Below, piece after piece: positions 54,060 through 56,483 of a stretch of 56,483 nucleotides of DNA (position 1 is its first letter; every line of letters begins with the position of its first letter). Source of the DNA: a virus (taxonomy: Duplodnaviria; Caudoviricetes); IMG/VR virus record IMGVR_UViG_3300031227_000050, positions 1 to 56,483 of that record; one strand, 5' to 3'. Both the position numbers and the translations under genes were made by a program. A model generated the notes under the pieces. That model was not told where the DNA came from. It saw nothing but the letters and a program-made list of their open reading frames with translations, and did not search any database.

Positions 54060-54132
54060 TGGCCCCATAGGGATTCGAACCCTAACCCCACGGTTTAAAA
54101 GACCGGAATGCTTCCATTGACACCATAGAGCC
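54060..54132 (-). tRNA. tRNA-Lys(TTT)
   Basis: CGGT-CT-TTT-AA-ACCG. Confidence 0.85.
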
Positions 54133-54134
54133 AT

Positions 54135-54335
54135 CTATCTGTTCTTTATCTTTGTACCGATGTATCTTCCAAAAAGTACTATACATGCTGGTAGCCATAA
54201 TACAGAAATAAATATTGCTACTTCTATTTCTACATTATCGTCCTCTGCAAATACACTAAATATACCAAAAAATATTATACCTAGTATTACGTAACTCAAA
54301 ACTACTATTACATATATTTGGAGTAATGGGTCCAT
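54135..54335 (-). CDS. small membrane protein
   Basis: two TM helices. Confidence 0.55.
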   Translation of the reverse strand: MDPLLQIYVIVVLSYVILGIIFFGIFSVFAEDDNVEIEVAIFISVLWLPACIVLFGRYIGTKIKNR

Positions 54336-54343
54336 TAGTTTGA

Positions 54344-54646
54344 CTACCTTATTCTTAGGTCTAAATGGGGAATTTGATATGTAGGAGGACCATAGTACGG
54401 CATTCCATAAGGTCTAATCTCTAAATGGAAATTGGGAATTTGATATATTCTGGGAGCATAATAGGGCATTCTATGATGCCTATAAGGAGGAGCTATATAA
54501 ATATTACCTCTGCCCTCATTGTATGCTCTATTTCTATCACGAATATCTTGATTAAGATTATAATGATAGTGTATACCATATCTGTGAGCCGTAGCGGTGG
54601 AGACTAGGTACACAAAAATCACCAAAGCTAATACGATTCTTTTCAT
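54344..54646 (-). CDS. secreted Tyr/Pro-rich protein with internal repeat
   Basis: signal peptide; MPYYAPRIYQIPNFHLEIR / MPYYGPPTYQIPHLDLRIR. Confidence 0.6.
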   Translation of the reverse strand: MKRIVLALVIFVYLVSTATAHRYGIHYHYNLNQDIRDRNRAYNEGRGNIYIAPPYRHHRMPYYAPRIYQIPNFHLEIRPYGMPYYGPPTYQIPHLDLRIR

Positions 54647-54657
54647 GGTTTTAATCT

Positions 54658-54951
54658 CTATTTGTTATTATTTGGATACATCACTGATGTTATTGTACAC
54701 ACAAGACCAGTTACAAATGACAATATTGTAGTAAAAACGATACTTGTTGTTAAACTTTGTGACCAAGTTACTATTGTGGTTTCAATTATACTGTGTGTTT
54801 TTAAAGTATATACACCTCTAATCACAGTACCTTGAAACATTTCAGGTGAACCATACGCATAGGTATATTGTCCCACCATGGGTAGTATACACACAAGTAA
54901 TAGTAATACCATACCTACACTGAATAAACATATCCTACAAAAAGCACACAT
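54658..54951 (-). CDS. membrane protein
   Basis: two TM helices; AGGAG RBS. Confidence 0.5.
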   Translation of the reverse strand: MCAFCRICLFSVGMVLLLLVCILPMVGQYTYAYGSPEMFQGTVIRGVYTLKTHSIIETTIVTWSQSLTTSIVFTTILSFVTGLVCTITSVMYPNNNK

Positions 54952-54982
54952 TAATTATAAGCTCCTTTGTACATATTCCCAA

Positions 54983-55071
54983 GTTGTATAGGTGGGAGTC
55001 GAACCCACATTGTGTAGGGGCTTGCGATTTCTCGCTACCTTTATTACCGTTGCCATTACTTACTACACAAC
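54983..55071 (-). ncRNA. tRNA-like RNA lacking a canonical anticodon arm
   Basis: 9-bp terminal stem GTTGTGTAG/CTATACAAC, T arm GTGGG-TTCGACT-CCCAC, GCGA-GAAA-TCGC hairpin. Confidence 0.5.
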
Positions 55072-55088
55072 ACATCTCGTCTCGTCAG

Positions 55089-55161
55089 TGGGTCCACTCA
55101 GAATCGAACTGAAATCTACTGGTTAAGAGCCAGCTATTCTAAACCGTTGAACTATAGACCC
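55089..55161 (-). tRNA. tRNA-Lys(CTT)
   Basis: GCTGG-CT-CTT-AA-CCAGT. Confidence 0.88.
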
Positions 55162-55212
55162 GTAGGTTAGTTTATTTTAAACACTGGAAAACCCGCCTGT
55201 TTAAAACCAGCA
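55162..55212 (-). ncRNA. putative pseudoknot element, copy 2
   Basis: TGCTGGTTT...GCGGGTTTT-CCAGTGT...AACCTAC; abuts the tRNA-Lys 5' end. Confidence 0.45.
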
Positions 55213-55329
55213 GTAATTTGGCATTAAAAGTGCCTAGTCTATATATTACCTAGTTTTGCAAAACATATGTCAGCAGACCCAACAGAGGTAACCCCGTGTA
55301 CTTAGGGGACATAATGACGCTTGACATAG

Positions 55330-55402
55330 TGGTGCGCCAGGGAGTCGGACCCTGTCATTTTGCTCATCAGGCAAAATTGCACTAAACCGGCGCACACGCA
55401 CC
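55330..55402 (-). tRNA. tRNA-Ile(GAT)
   Basis: TTTGC-CT-GAT-GA-GCAAA; T-loop TCCGACT. Confidence 0.75.
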
Positions 55403-55404
55403 TA

Positions 55405-55632
55405 TTACTTCCCTCTACTTAGTGTAGCTAAAAGTATCTTCAGAGAAGCTTCGTCAGAAAAACCCTCGTCTATTAAAGAGTCGTACACCTGACTAACAGC
55501 AGCGCTATACATATCAGTTAGACGTTTACCATAGGTTTTACCTAAAGATACAGTTGCATCCAACACCTTATCTATTTCTGCTTTGTTTTTTTCGTCTGTA
55601 AAAGCAGCTACTAATTGCATAATGTCATTCAT
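55405..55632 (-). CDS. hypothetical protein
   Basis: AAGGA RBS; LIDEGFSDE.SL. Confidence 0.6.
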   Translation of the reverse strand: MNDIMQLVAAFTDEKNKAEIDKVLDATVSLGKTYGKRLTDMYSAAVSQVYDSLIDEGFSDEASLKILLATLSRGK

Positions 55633-55794
55633 GTTTATTCCTTTTTAGAGGTTCTATATAAGGCTTAATTAGTGGTACGGGTGTATCACCAAGCCTCCAA
55701 TCAATTTTATTATTGCGACTGTATATCCACCCTTTGATGAGATATGGAACACCGGGTTTCAATATCCAATAATCATATACTGAACCGGTTAACA

Positions 55795-56088
55795 TTATTT
55801 AGGTAACACCAAACTAGGCTTCGTTATTACAACACCCGAACCAAACTTTTCATTCCACATGTTAGCAATGTCATCTGCTGGGGCTAAATTATACTCAATT
55901 TCCATTTTGGAAATAATTATCACCTTTTCAGAGGTGTATGGAAGATATGGTACAATAGCAGTTTGTCCACCCTGACCCATCATCAATCGAACAGGTGTCT
56001 CTACTTTATAAAAACCCTCACAGTCTTCAATTATCTTACAAATAACATCAGCACCACCCTTTAGTCTTAGGTATCTAATTCCTAACAT
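55795..56088 (-). CDS. Sm-like-fold conserved phage protein
   Basis: LRLKGGADVI...IVPYLPY...WNEKFGSGVV pattern typical of T4-like phages. Confidence 0.6.
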   Translation of the reverse strand: MLGIRYLRLKGGADVICKIIEDCEGFYKVETPVRLMMGQGGQTAIVPYLPYTSEKVIIISKMEIEYNLAPADDIANMWNEKFGSGVVITKPSLVLPK

Positions 56089-56351
56089 AATTGTCCTTCC
56101 ATTTCCTCGATTAGTTTAACTAACACATCACCATGACAAGCCTTGGGTTTACAGAAACAACCTAACCTTTTACCTTCAAGCTCATGTAGAGCAGCAAGAA
56201 GGTGGGGCTGTTTACGAATCCACTTTTCATAAAACTTTATAACCCTTGCTCTATTACCGTTTGTTCCCACTACAAATGGGTTACCCCACTTGCTACCTCT
56301 ACCAATGTAAACATCGTAGGGTTCAACATATTTATTAACTACTCTTGTCAT
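56082..56351 (-). CDS. DUF4326 protein
   Basis: YDVYIGRGSKWGNPF...LGCFCKPKACHGDVL. Confidence 0.88.
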   Translation of the reverse strand: MTRVVNKYVEPYDVYIGRGSKWGNPFVVGTNGNRARVIKFYEKWIRKQPHLLAALHELEGKRLGCFCKPKACHGDVLVKLIEEMEGQLC

Positions 56352-56370
56352 CCTTTGGTCCTTTCTAAAG

Positions 56371-56441
56371 TGCGCCTAGCCAGAATCGAACTGACACTTA
56401 AACCTTGGCAAGGTTTCGTGCGACCACTACACTATAAACGC
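56371..56441 (-). tRNA. tRNA-Gly(GCC)
   Basis: AAACC-TT-GCC-AA-GGTTT. Confidence 0.88.
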
Positions 56442-56483
56442 GAACATTTAAGGTCTCCTTAGTTCAATTATGTCCCAGGTTCC

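Noticed and set aside
1-56483. Plus-strand ORFs in the ORF track
   Set aside because: They are antisense shadows of tightly packed minus-strand genes or tRNAs and carry no recognisable motifs

Overview
56.5 kb segment of a large, AT-rich dsDNA tailed-phage genome. Essentially all genes lie on the minus strand, and weak protein-motif hints point to a Planctomycetota-like host. It encodes replication and recombination genes (DnaG, DnaB, RecA, Cas4/RecB-like nuclease, DNA ligase) and nucleotide metabolism (intein-containing class II RNR, dCMP deaminase, ThyA, dNMP kinase, GuaC, NadD-like, PRTase). It also carries a sigma factor, PhoH, several proteases, a glycosyltransferase island and an unusually rich RNA toolkit. 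Two things stand out. (1) A DRB0094-type RNA ligase gene is fractured at its catalytic motif by a naturally split intein; between the halves sit an HNH endonuclease and a complete Bsp6I-like (GCNGC) type II restriction-modification system, whose endonuclease is fused in frame to the C-intein/ligase half. (2) There is a miniature (~240 nt) bacterial-type RNase P RNA, alongside 18 recognisable tRNAs, several non-canonical tRNA-like RNAs, three Y-RNA-like genes, two further repeated structured elements and an RNA end-healing/sealing cluster. All calls come from reading motifs and folding by eye; no database searches were run.
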